Shown in pieces: positions 31,301 through 42,874 of a stretch of 64,000 nt of DNA; positions within the stretch are counted from its first letter, which is position 1, and the number at the start of each line of letters is the position of its first letter. Origin of the DNA: Bugula neritina (Eukaryota > Animalia > Bryozoa); assembly GCA_964035545.1 (NCBI GenBank), contig OZ037767.1, positions 4,356,707 to 4,420,706 on the forward strand, in the 5' to 3' direction. The position numbers were made by a program, and so were the translations under genes. The notes beneath the pieces were generated by a model that was given only the letters and a program-made list of their open reading frames with translations, searched no databases and was not told the origin of the DNA.

Positions 31301-32339
31301 GTTTCTATGCACAAGTCATACCGGCCTTGCTCAAAGTACACAGCTAAATAACATGTGAGTCGATGTATGCATAACTATTAGTATGTTATGTTAATACAAT
31401 AGTGAATCAGTTGGGAAGAAAACAAAATGATAGCTGGACTCATGCAAAAATCCATGTACCCACCTGCCTTGTTGGTATAGTATATTATATTGTTTGGGTC
31501 AAGTTCTATTGCTTTGCCATAGTGTGAGAGTGCCTCCTCAAATTTCTTAGCTTTGTAAGCAGCATTTCCTTTCTCTTTCTCTGCTAATGCCTTAAAATAG
31601 TTCATTGATTGGATGCTCATGATTTTCAGAATTAAATGTGTTGAAAAAAGGTTTTTTAAGCGAGCAGCAGAGTACTTAAAGGTTCACCTTAGATCTAGTC
31701 TCTTAGTCTTTGCAGCAATCATTTAGTTAAATTTTTACATTAATAATAAAAGTTATAATTATCATAACACGAAAATCTAAGGAAAAAACTGTAATTATAA
31801 TAATTATCATTATTATCATAATCATTGACATTATGGCAATGTCAATGTGACATAGCTATAATCATAGTAGTTACAGTAACAGTAGCTCAAACTGAGTTGC
31901 TGCAAGATTAAGTGCAACCTCAGGCTCAAATTTTTTTCTAAAAATAATTTATCAATATTATTATAATTTCAAGTTTATCGTTGACATTATCATTATGATT
32001 GGTCACATTTGGTCACCTTTCACCGCCGTGGTCCTGCGCGGGTGACATTATCATTATGATTATGATTAAATAATAAAATATAATCTTAATTTTAAAAAGT
32101 ACGAGTCAAACTCGGTGTCCTTCTGAGTGGAGTGAGAGTGTTGAGTCAGAGAGTCTCGCTGATCACTCTCACATTCAGTAGGAGGACACTATAATTACAC
32201 AGCACACTGCTACACACTGATATTCTGATTCTCACTCTGACTCACACTCACAGAAAGTGAAACAGTAACACTAACACTCACGACATCGTTTTATAACAGT
32301 GATAATAATTGCCCTTACCTGTGCTTCTACGGTACTCAT
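28318..32339 (-). CDS. STIP1: Stress-induced phosphoprotein 1 / Hop co-chaperone, short form (TPR2A-TPR2B-DP2 only), 9 exons, ~321 aa
   Basis: Exons 32319-32339 (MSTVEAQ), 31464-31590 ([21 protein letters not shown]..), 31241-31343, 30831-30951, 30477-30573 ([15 protein letters not shown]), 29940-30101 ([14 protein letters not shown]), 29703-29806, 29178-29335 ([24 protein letters not shown]), 28318-28390 ([23 protein letters not shown]). All junctions are phase-consistent. Confidence 0.93.
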
Positions 32340-34174
32340 TGTAAAGGTCTGGGTAAAGCACACACTATGCAACAAATAGACTATTCAAGAAAATAAAATT
32401 TCAACAAAAAGTAGTGCTAAAAGTAAAATAAAAATTGAATGACAGTGAACAACCCAGTCGCCAGTTCCGTAGCTTCAGCGCACACCTTGATTCTGGAAAA
32501 ATCTTCATTCATACGAAGACATGGTTTCGGACTTTTAAAACAAAGAGCAAAATTGAGTTTTGTATCGAAAATTTGGATCAAACTAGCGTTGTCAAAAAAG
32601 GGTAGTCAACTCCATAACAATATTATGTTACAACCGCATTCGCATTATAATAATTATATAAGATCAATTTGATTTCACCCTTTTATCCTTATTCTAACAA
32701 GATATGGAGTCTAACCCATTGCAATTTGCAAACCATGAACAAACCAATTATATGTTTGATGGCCTGACATATTTTATCATGTATATGGTAAATTTATAAC
32801 CTAAATTATATTGATATACTGCTGCATAATATACTATATATTTAAAAGGCTAGTTTCATAACCATATTGGTAGCTGTATTCAGCACCAAGAACAAGTGGT
32901 AATGATGATTTTAAAGTGTTCTACTAGTCATTATAAGTGCATACTCTATGCAAGAGTATGCAATTTAAATAGTACTGTTACATTTTACACGCAGTGACAG
33001 TGAAGGGAGGTTACTGTGTACCACTAGAAAATAAAAAATACAATTATGCCTCAAGACTGTAAAAAAAATTGGAATTAATAAATTTGCAAATGATTTATTT
33101 ATCATGTTGCTGGAACATAATTTTAAAACAAAAATAATACTATAAAGATTGTATTGGTACGTACATTTCAAAAAGTATATTTCCACAAGCTTGAAATAAG
33201 TATTGTGATTTATTGCATATATGATAATATTATCATACAATTCTGTATATCATTAATATATTATATATCATGTTTTGTTACAGCAACAATATTGTTAAGT
33301 ATGAAAAGTATCAACAGGTGCCTTTCGATGTAGTAATGTATTGTACATTAGCACATTGCACATGTCAATATCATACGAATATATATACACTCGTCACATT
33401 ATATATGAGTAGAAAGCTTCCATGAATGTGTTAGAAAACTGGAAGTTAATTAACTTAGAATTTTGCAACACTTGGAACTTTTTCTAGCCGTACAAAAAAA
33501 ATGTATGCTTACATCAAGGACAATATCACAGTGAAGAAATGATGCTGGAACATAATGTTAGTCTAAGAATTAATGCTGACTTAATCCTGGGGTTGATAGA
33601 GAATTGAACCACTTTTAGTGTTGCCAGTTTTTATTGGAGAGTCAATTGTTTCAAGAGACAGGAAACTTTTCTGTGACTACTTGACTTCAAAAAACATTCC
33701 AGAAAACCAGACAGCTGAAGTAATTCTTGGCAATCTACAAGCATAATAAACAACAGAAAATCCCTAGAAGAAATTTAACAATTACATAACGATATATATA
33801 ATTTTATGATTATCACATATTCTTTATAATATACATACATTATTTTATAATTGGTCCATTGCACATATAATGCGCTGAGCAGCATGAAAAGCAGGAAAGG
33901 GAAAAAAAGGGAAACATTGAAGTAATGAAGACATATCAAGAGTTTCATGGAGATCTTGAACAAAACAGATCTACATATATTTTCTAGGAAAAAAATTATA
34001 AGCTTCTAATTTTCCCCATTTATGAAGTGAATAAATGTTTAATAAATGTTTAATGATCATTCTCACAGTACCATCCCTGAGGATTTAAAGCATGAAGTGA
34101 GGCTACCTGAGGAGAGGGTTGAGCACGTGCAGCAGCAGACAGATTATGCCCAGAAACGGAAGAAAAGATCAAAA

Positions 34175-34366
34175 ATGGAAGAAAAAATTTCATCAATGGA
34201 GAATTGGAACAAAAGTTAAGAGGATTCCAAAGTACTTTATTAATTAAATGAAAGAAAAAAAATCCATAACAAACGTGAAGGAATATATTGAATTGAAGGA
34301 AAAAACAATCTCATCAATGGAGAATTGGAAAAAAGTTGAGGGGATTTCAAGGTACTTCATTAATTT
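34175..34366 (+). repeat. Diverged direct repeat (~120-bp period) in a decayed coding-like segment
   Basis: gaaaaaa..tcatcaatggagaattggaa(c)aaaagtt..gatt(c/t)caa(a/g)gtactt..attaatt occurs at ~34180 and ~34300. Confidence 0.7.
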
Positions 34367-34397
34367 CATGATCCTGGAAGAGTTCCAGCATGAACTC

Positions 34398-35130
34398 CAT
34401 AAAAATTTTTAACACCGAAACACTGAAAGTGTCACACAGCTGTATGCCAAAAATACGATCATTTATTAATGGCCATAAAAAGAAAGCGCTGTCAGAAGAA
34501 CAACATAGCAACACATCCAAACTATGTAACTGCAGGGTTAAAACAAACTGTCCACTGAACGGCCAATGCTGCACAAAGGCCATAAGCTATTAACTACTGG
34601 TAACCAACAGAAACAACAGAAAACGATTTCAAAAGTCAATATAACAACCAAATGATACTCTACTGAGCTGAGCAAGTATATTTGGAATGTGAAAAAAAAG
34701 ATCACCTACGAAACTAAATGGAGAATACTAGCCTGGGTACAGCCGTGTAACAAAGAATCATCACTCTGCAGGCTGTGCCTACTGGAGAAATATTTTATCA
34801 TCTGCAAACCACATTGCTGGTCATTAAAAAGCCCCAATGAAATTGTAACAACATGCTAGCATGCTGGGAAACTTCTATTACAGAATGTGACTTAAACTTT
34901 TAATCTCCTAGCTAATATCTTCTTAATATAGCTATTTCTATTTTACCTATATTGTATTTATCTATACATCTCAATCCATTGGCTTTATAACTTTTATCGT
35001 GTACCTTTGTATATTTAGTATGTACTTTTATTACATTTTATCTGATAATTGTGCATTAGGCGCATGAAACTATTAGTAATAAAATGTGTTAACTCAATTT
35101 CATCATACTCTACTTATAAGATATATATGC
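34398..35130 (+). mobile_element. Decayed 3' end of a Penelope-like retroelement (Naiad-type GIY-YIG endonuclease region plus pLTR)
   Basis: KIFNTETLKVSHSCMPKIRSFINGHKKKAL..CNCRVKTNCPLNGQC (CxCx5C linker), then after deletions STELSKYIWNVKKKITYETKWRIL..PCNKESSLCRLCLLEKYFII..NEIVTTC*H..LLLQNVT*. A downstream AT-rich pLTR carries a hammerhead fold. Confidence 0.85.
35033..35087 (+). ncRNA. Minimal type I hammerhead ribozyme, probably inactivated (G8 to A)
   Basis: Stem I ACATTTTAT/ATAAAATGT (9 bp, perfect), core CTGATAA (canonical CUGAnGA), stem II TGTGC-attag-GCGCA, GAAA, short stem III CT-att-AG, GUA cleavage triplet. It lies in the pLTR of a Penelope-like element, the known context for such ribozymes. 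Confidence 0.8.
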
Positions 35131-35397
35131 ACACTTTTTCTGAAAGAATACTTGCTGTTTACTTTTACAATTTTCAGTACAGTCATTGTATTTTGCCCTG
35201 TCTTCAACTTTACAGACAGTATAGCCTCTGTTAGACACTTGAGTTATTTTTAGTAACATTTGTCATATGACTAAAAGTGCTAAGACCATGCTAAGACATT
35301 GTGATTTAAGCTACGGCCCTGGAAAAAAATGAAAGAGAAACAACGGCCCTAGTCTATTTTGTATCACATGGCAACAAGTCATTTCTATTACGAAATC

Positions 35398-37200
35398 ATG
35401 GCTGACCGTAAACGACTGTTGCTGCTAAAGAAGCTTTTATTGCTTAAAAAAGACAATCAACTACACAAAGATACCATCGAAGGTATTGGGTTCACCCCAT
35501 CAACAGAAAATGAGAAAGCTTTGGAGTATATGCTCATTTGATAAATGAATTGAGAAATGATGAACTGAGGTTCAGGAAATATTTTCGAATGACTCCTGAA
35601 AACTTAGACCATCTTCTGTCATTAATCCAGCCCTACATCACCAAGAAAGACAAAAATATGCGAAGGGCATTAGAACCTGGCTTGAAGTTGGCATTGACAT
35701 TACATCATCTAGCAGAAGGTGCTAGTCATGCCGCTATAGCTGCCCACTATAGGCTTGGCCGGTCATCAACATCTCAAGCCATCTACGACACCCTAAACGC
35801 ACTGTGGATTGTCTTAAAATCTCTAGATTTAAAGCCACTTTCTGGACCAGCTGAATGGATGAAAGTTGTTCACGGGTTGTAGTTGACAAAAACAATTTAG
35901 CTGCTCTGTACTACTAGTACTACTTGCAGATTTAATGATTTATATTTTTAAAATATTCAACAAAACTATTTATGTTTGATTAAAGACTGAAAGTTATTTT
36001 TACTACTACAAATAAGTTATTTTATTAAACTGCCTGAATATAATTCAATAAAATAAATATCATGGTGATATAGGCAGTGTCGCTTGAAACAACTGTTTAG
36101 TACACTAGATGCTCTTTTTTCTTTATTGCTGTTATTGAAATAATTTTATTTTAGATTTGAAAAATGGAACTTTCCTCATTGCTTAGGGAGTGTTGATGAA
36201 AAACACGTCACTATTAAAATACCAGGCAATGCAGGGTCTACATTTTTAACTATAAGCAGCGAGAAAGCATTGCATTGCTTGCAGTTTGTGATGCAGATTA
36301 CAAGTTTTTACTTGTTGACATTGGCCAACCTGGAAGCTGTAGTGATGGTGGGATCTGCAAGTTTTCTTAATTTGGACGAGCACTGGAAAACGGTATAGTT
36401 TGTTTTTCAACTTGAACCCCTGATTTGAGTACATTATATATATGTGTGTATGTAGCAGTACTTTACATTTTGTTTTCAGGGAATGGAAATCTACCAGTAC
36501 CAAGTATGTTACTAGGCACCCAGGAAACATTACCAATGCCATGTGTTTGTTGGAGATGAGGCATTTCCACTTGAAAAACATTTTATGAGACTATACCCAG
36601 GCAGATTGATCAACTCACTCGAAAAGAGGGTGTTCAACTACCGACTCTTTCAAGCTAGGAGGGTTGTTGAAAATGCATTTGCTATATGAAGCAATTAGAT
36701 TTTAAAATTTTACTTATGCTACACCTTTAAAACCATTTATAAAAGTTGGTAAAATTCACTCAAGCTAGCATTATTTTCAACAATGGCTGACTACTTAGTG
36801 ACATGCTGTTTGTCAATGTCAAAGTTTAGGCTAGTCTGCTGCAAAAACCAAAAACCTTGTTATCTGCAGGTATAATGTCACAGCGCTGGAGAATACTCTT
36901 CAAAATGATGTGTGCGAGTCAGGCCAAGGCTGTGAAAGTGATGCAGGGCTTGTGTGTGCTGCACAATTTTCTTCGCATGGTTGGCGACCCAACCTATGTA
37001 CCTCCTGGTTATGCAGATACTCCCCCGAGAGGATGGGGTAATTCAAGAAGGCTTTTGGAGGGCTGAAGCTAGTGGGGTACAGGCAGCCACCAATTTTAAT
37101 AGAAGTACTAATTTAGATGGTGCTATAGTAAGAAATCGTCTTTGCAACTACTTTAGTAGTAGAGACGATGGTGTTCCTTGGCAGCTAGATAATATAATTT
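35398..37200 (+). pseudogene. PIF/Harbinger DDE transposase (HARBI1/ALP1-like) pseudogene with three spliceosomal introns
   Basis: RYWVHPINRK*..ELRNDELRFRKYFRMTPENLDHLL..KLALTLHHLAEG..YRLGRSST / [43 protein letters not shown] / FVGDEAFPL..MRLYPG..RVFNYRLFQARRVVENAF / GIMSQRWRIL..LCVLHNFLR. Contains frameshifts and stops; introns ~35877-36153, ~36392-36479, ~36682-36869. Confidence 0.9.
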
Positions 37201-37412
37201 TTGTGAAGTACTGTATTTTATTTCTTTTTTAAATTTGTAACAATAATAGGGCCAATTTAAGAATCTACAAAAAAACTTAATATTCAATGCTTAACTTACT
37301 GGAATTTAAAATACTGCTGATATGCATTAACCGTTATCATTAAAATTTCAGAGGTTAGTGGACAATTGTTTTTAAATATTTTGTTGTTTCTTATCTGATA
37401 TTAAATGTTGCA

Positions 37413-38000
37413 GGATTTGTATTGCCATTTACAGATTGGCTAGCTATGCAGAGTACAGAGTGGTTGCTGGGAAATTCGGAGTCAGTAAGACCACAGTGCA
37501 CAAATGTGTGTATTTATTCTGTAACGCTATATGTGATGAGAAAAGAGAGTTTATTGTCTAGATGATGCTAAACAGCACACCTATGAAACAGAACGAAGAT
37601 ATGGCTATCGACAAGCAATAGGAGCCATTGATGACTCTCATATCCCCATCACTGCTCCATCTGACGGAATGAGTGCCTTTATTTGTGGAAAAGGCTGGCC
37701 TTCATTAGTGTTGCAAGCTGTATTGGACAGCGATTGTGTTCCGGGATGTATATTGCAACACTCTTGGAACTGCACATGATGCAACCGTTTAAGATCTCCA
37801 TTATTTGACTTTTTATCAAGAAAGATGCCTCAGAATAACAAATTAATTCAAGGTAGAGAAGTCCCACTGCACTTGCTAGGCGATCCAGCATACCCTACAT
37901 CTCCATATATCATCAAAGGGTTTGTGGGTCGGAACCTTACAGATAAGCAAGAAAACTTCAATGCCTATCATAATAGTGCCCGGATGTGTGTAGAAATAAC
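37413..38000 (+). pseudogene. Fragment of a second, different Harbinger transposase
   Basis: IAIYRLASYAEYRVVAGKFGVSKTTVHKCV.., QAIGAIDDSHIPITAP.., KGWPSLVLQAVLD.., LLGDPAYPTSPYIIKGF..QENFNAYHNSARMCVEI; interrupted by stops and frameshifts. Confidence 0.85.
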
Positions 38001-38974
38001 TACAGCTACACCGGTCTAGCAGTTGAATTGTTGGACATTATTAGATTGGTTTGTAGACCCAGTTGATGATTTCCCCAAATTTTTGCTTTGTGACCTGGTG
38101 CACAGCATAATAGCTTGGGTCACCTGCACTGTTTAGCAAGCAATTTATAAAAACCAGTTGTCATCCTTGCACTGAGTATGTTCATTTTGTATGATGTTAT
38201 TAATTATCAATATTTGTTCTGTACGCAGATTTTACTAGCAATTGAAGCAAACTGAAGACAAACTTGTTCACCATAAACAAAGGTTGTTGCATTCTATTTA
38301 TAAAACTATAGATCATGTGTTAAACATGATTCATTGTTGTTAGAAAAAATAATATTCAGGTGGTCAGTTTCAAGCTCATATTTTTTTGGTTACTAGATGT
38401 GAAATTGAGCCAATACTGCAGGATATTAAATTATTGAATGCTACAACTTCTCATATTGCCTTTAACCATAGGCCATTATGATATTTTGTGAGATGATCTA
38501 ATCTAATCACCTAAAACTCTTGAAAATTCATTCGATTTCATTCCAGGAAACATCCTGACAAATAATAGGTTGTGAGAAGGGCTATAAAAAAATTTGTTTG
38601 TGGCATTTAACAAGCTATAGAAAATAAACAGTTTGATGGCAAGTATGATAGACTAAAAATGCTCTGGCATCTCAAAATTGGGAGGGCGTTATTCTACCAT
38701 CTGATGGAGATATAACAACATGCCTGCGTGCTCAGAAGTATTTGGAAACCATCTATTCTATCAAGCTTCTTGAATTTCAACATGCTATAAAAACATCTAG
38801 TGTCACTGAAAACCAACATTTCAGATTATTCAACTGTCTTGTAAAAATACCTCAAATTTATTGCAAAATAATCTTTGTAAAATGAAAAACTTTGCTATGC
38901 TGAAAAAATCACAATAAAAAAAATGAAAAATAGGAAGATTTCAAATCATTTAGATGTGCTGCAGAAGCTGAAAG

Positions 38975-39240
38975 TGTTAACGCCCGAGTCCTAAATCGGG
39001 CTGAAGGACCAATTCTCACCAGGATTCGTGAGATGGCAGAGCCTTTTACTGGTAATGGCAGCCTGAATGTCACTGCGTGGTTGGCAGACTACCAAGAGGC
39101 TCTGAAGGTTGAGTCAGTCTTAATGTACATGTCGAGTAGCAATGTGTACAGCAGGATGATAGTGAGGGAGATATCCCAGTGAGATGTTGTGAAAGCAGCC
39201 TTAGTGGCTAAGCATGCCATGCCCAGGCAAGAAGGTCCGA
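38975..39240 (+). mobile_element. Possible Ty3/gypsy gag-like remnant
   Basis: From ATG 39033: MAEPFTGNGSLNVTAWLADY..SQ*DVVKAALVAKH, resembling the PF.G....W+..+E / W..+K.AL pattern of retrotransposon capsid N-termini. GC-richer than its flanks. Confidence 0.4.
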
Positions 39241-42200
39241 GTGCTATCGGTGGTGGGAGCACTGAACACTACATTAACATTTGTCTGAACGCAGCTGCTG
39301 ATGCCAGAAACTAATGTTTTTAGGTGGGAGGTGCAGAGCTCAAGAGATAAAAAAGCCCAAATGGGGTAGGCTCTTCAAATACCAAAGGCATTAGCTTCCA
39401 TTCAGCAGAGCTGACCAAGCCAAGCCTACTTTCCCCATTTGGCTAATTTGTTGATCACTATCCAGTGGCTAGATGGATGACTGCAAATGCATCGCAGTTT
39501 CTTCAATAAAAAAACCATAAAAATGGCTGATTAGCATACTGTTGGAATAAATTAATTATTTTGACTATCCCCATAGAGAAGTTATAACACTCAACGACTG
39601 TATATGTATTTCATATTGACCAGATGTCTGCTTTTAAAACTACCGCAGCAAGGACTAAAAGCTACAGGAGGGTTGCAGGTTATTAAAATTGCTCTTTAGG
39701 TTGAAATTCGAAACTTAGCTATGTGATTTCTACCAAGTTTAAAATACATTGTAGATGATCAATACAAAACTTCATATACTGATGAAAAAACATCTGAAAA
39801 ATACGACATAAGTTTTTTTAATGACAGTAATGAACTACATACGACAGGAGCCAAAGGTCATCATTAAATAGCTGACTGAGATCACTATACAATCATAGCA
39901 GCAAGTTAATGAAACTTTTATAGCACGATAACACATTCATAGGGTATGCAATAATGTCACAATCGGAAAAAAGCTGGGGCCAGCCATCCGGATGTTTGTT
40001 AGGGGATGGTCCTGTCGGGTGAAGGCAATGTGCCTCAACGTAATTGGCCAGATTTTGTTGCAAAAGTGTGCAATAGCCAATGAGAGGCGTTGGAAAATAT
40101 CCTGTTTAATATTGCTGGTGTAAAATGCTGTCTTTTCTGGTCAGCAAAGTGTTTTTAGCCATTAAAATATGATGTGCTCGCATGATATTCATGCATAAGT
40201 TTTATAACTATATTATCACACTTTATTCACTAATCAGAAGCCAGTCTAAGGCAAGCTAAAGGAGAACAAAGGGTTCGCTATACTCTTTTATCTTTTTTTT
40301 GTAATTTGTTTTGTAATTAACTGCAATTATTTTATGTGCTGAGTTAATAGCCTTTAATACATTTTGTCTTGTCATGCTTCATATCATATACATATTATAT
40401 TACATATTACATTTTACATATTACTTAATCATACTGTATTCAAATTATAATTCTTACCCAAATTTTACTATTATTACAGACTTTATGGTGTTGGTTTATG
40501 AGCTAAAGTGTTAGTGTTCTGTAAAGTTGGTGAACTAGAATAAACTATATTAATACTAACTTTCACCTGCCCCATCTATAAACTACACTCATGACCGCAT
40601 CAGTAAAGTTCAGTTATCTAAAAAAGCTTGCTGAGCCCCTAGCAGACCGGTAAAACTGCTCTAAAGACTATTTTGGTATTTTGCAACAGCTTTTTGTATG
40701 TAAGTAATTAATCAACAGGCTGATTTTTGTTCAAATATTATTTTGTTTTTCAATTAAATAGGTAAAACAGGTTAACGTCATTACCCTTATCCATTGTGCA
40801 AAAAATTCCCTAGAAAGTGCATTTCCGAAAAAAAGTAAATAAAACATGTGGACAGGGTTCTGTTAATACATCTATGCTTTCACTGCCCGTTGTTAATCCT
40901 GCCAGAATTATGGTTGTCAATCGGAAATAAAATTGATTTTATCTACAGTGGTGAATCTGCCAGGCTTAACAGGAATAAGCATATTAATTCAAACACTTAT
41001 TTTTACCATTAAATTAAATCAAACCCACTAAATGAAAAAGATGAAATTGTGGGAGCTAGAAGTAAATGATACTGAGGGTTATTCAGGGCGTTGAAGGCAG
41101 TGAAATGTGCACTATATCCTACAATGACCAATGTGGCAGTTACCAGAAGTTAAGGAGACAAAAAGTTCTGAAAATGCGGACTATACAGCATAATATTTCA
41201 TAAAAGATTTTATTTTGGCCTCTATACCCTATGTATTAGTTCTTTCAAAAACATAGTATGCAAGAAAAATGTTTAGGAAGGTTCCCAGACTTTAAAACCA
41301 GTAAAGCTTTCAACTACAGTTTGCGTGAATGACTAAAATAAAGCTTTTCACTTGCAAATTACAAAACCTTAAAATTGGAAAAACTTCAATGTTGAAACAA
41401 AGAACGCCCAAAAATCATCATCAGCTCACCACTACCACGCTGGAATATAACACTGCAAGCCTAATAACAGCAGAATAAGCCAGGTTATATAAAACAAGGT
41501 AGCAATTTTTTTATCTGCCATGTTAGCTCGACTAAAATTAAGGATTGATAAAAAATGATATTGTATTTTATGTTTCAAAGATTTAATAAAAATAGCAACA
41601 TTAGTAAGCCTGCTTAAATTTGTATTTTCATTTCAGTGCAAAAATATTTTTCTGCTTCAGTAGTGTGCATCTAGCAGTATGTTTTTCTAGCAATGTTCTA
41701 TATTCTATCGATGAGCTTTAGCTTTCACCTCTTTAGGCGCCATATCCTTCATACTAGGAAGCAGTGTAGCTGCAGAGTAAGACTTTTATCTATTATTTTC
41801 AAGTGCATGGTTCAAAATAGAGAAAAAAAGAAGTCTTTTAAAACAGTCAAAAATAAAAATAGCTTTTCCAGCCATAGACCAATTAGCAGAAATTAGTAGC
41901 TATTTAGAAGGCAATTCCTTAAAAGCCAGAATCACTAGAGAAGAAATGAAAGTTCAGGAGGATATAAAGCTTCCTTTGATACATATTTTGCAATGGCTGT
42001 TACTCTCGTTAGGACACCGATGTGTCTCTGCTGCTTGGGTGTAGGTGGTCTTCTTTGGTGGGCTGTGTGTGTTACAGCCTGACTAGGCTAGACTATTGGT
42101 TATTTGTGCCTGCTGTGGGCAGTACTGTGCTGATTAACCAATGGCCCATAATCAAAACAGGAACGGTTTAGCCTGAATTTAGTGTTAATGGCTTTAATGT

Positions 42201-42874
42201 GAAAGTAGTGGATATTTAATATAAGGCTATTTCAGTATCGTGTAATTGTAGTTATGTATTGTAGTAATTCTATAACAGCCAAAAACTGTGACTGCTTCAT
42301 TTAATAATTCCTAATTTTGGATGTTAACAGAAGTTAGTCAGCGTTTGGTGTTTGTTAAAACCACTGTGAAGAAAATATATTTATATCTCACAAAAGAGTT
42401 ATACCAATACAAAGTAATAAGGGCACCACAAGATATTTATCTTTTGTGTTGCTTAGCATCCTTTCTAGTAATTTGAGACTGATGTTAAACTCAACTTTTG
42501 TTTATATAAATTGTGCATATTAATAATCACCTTGGTTCCGCACCTCTGGTATAATATAATAATACATTCATACAAGAATCAGCAATTCCAAGTTGTCATT
42601 AACCAGAGAATTTGAAAAATTCTCTCAAGAAGAAAAACAACTCCAAATAGAGAATGCAAGTGATACCTGATCACACTATTAGTTTTCCTCTATTTGGCCC
42701 TGTTTGAAGCAAAAATCTAGGAGGTGACAAATGTGATTACAGTAAGTTGTGTATAAAATTTTACAGTTTTATAATAAATGTTAGAATATCACTATAATAG
42801 CTTTATTTAGAGCAAATGTACACCCAACTGTGAATGTTAACCTGAAGAGCAATGCCTCTACCTCACCAATACAG

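Noticed and set aside
34850-34865. Selenocysteine recoding in the Naiad-type ORF
   Set aside because: The in-frame stop is TAG at a non-Cys position and the element has deletions; this is ordinary decay.
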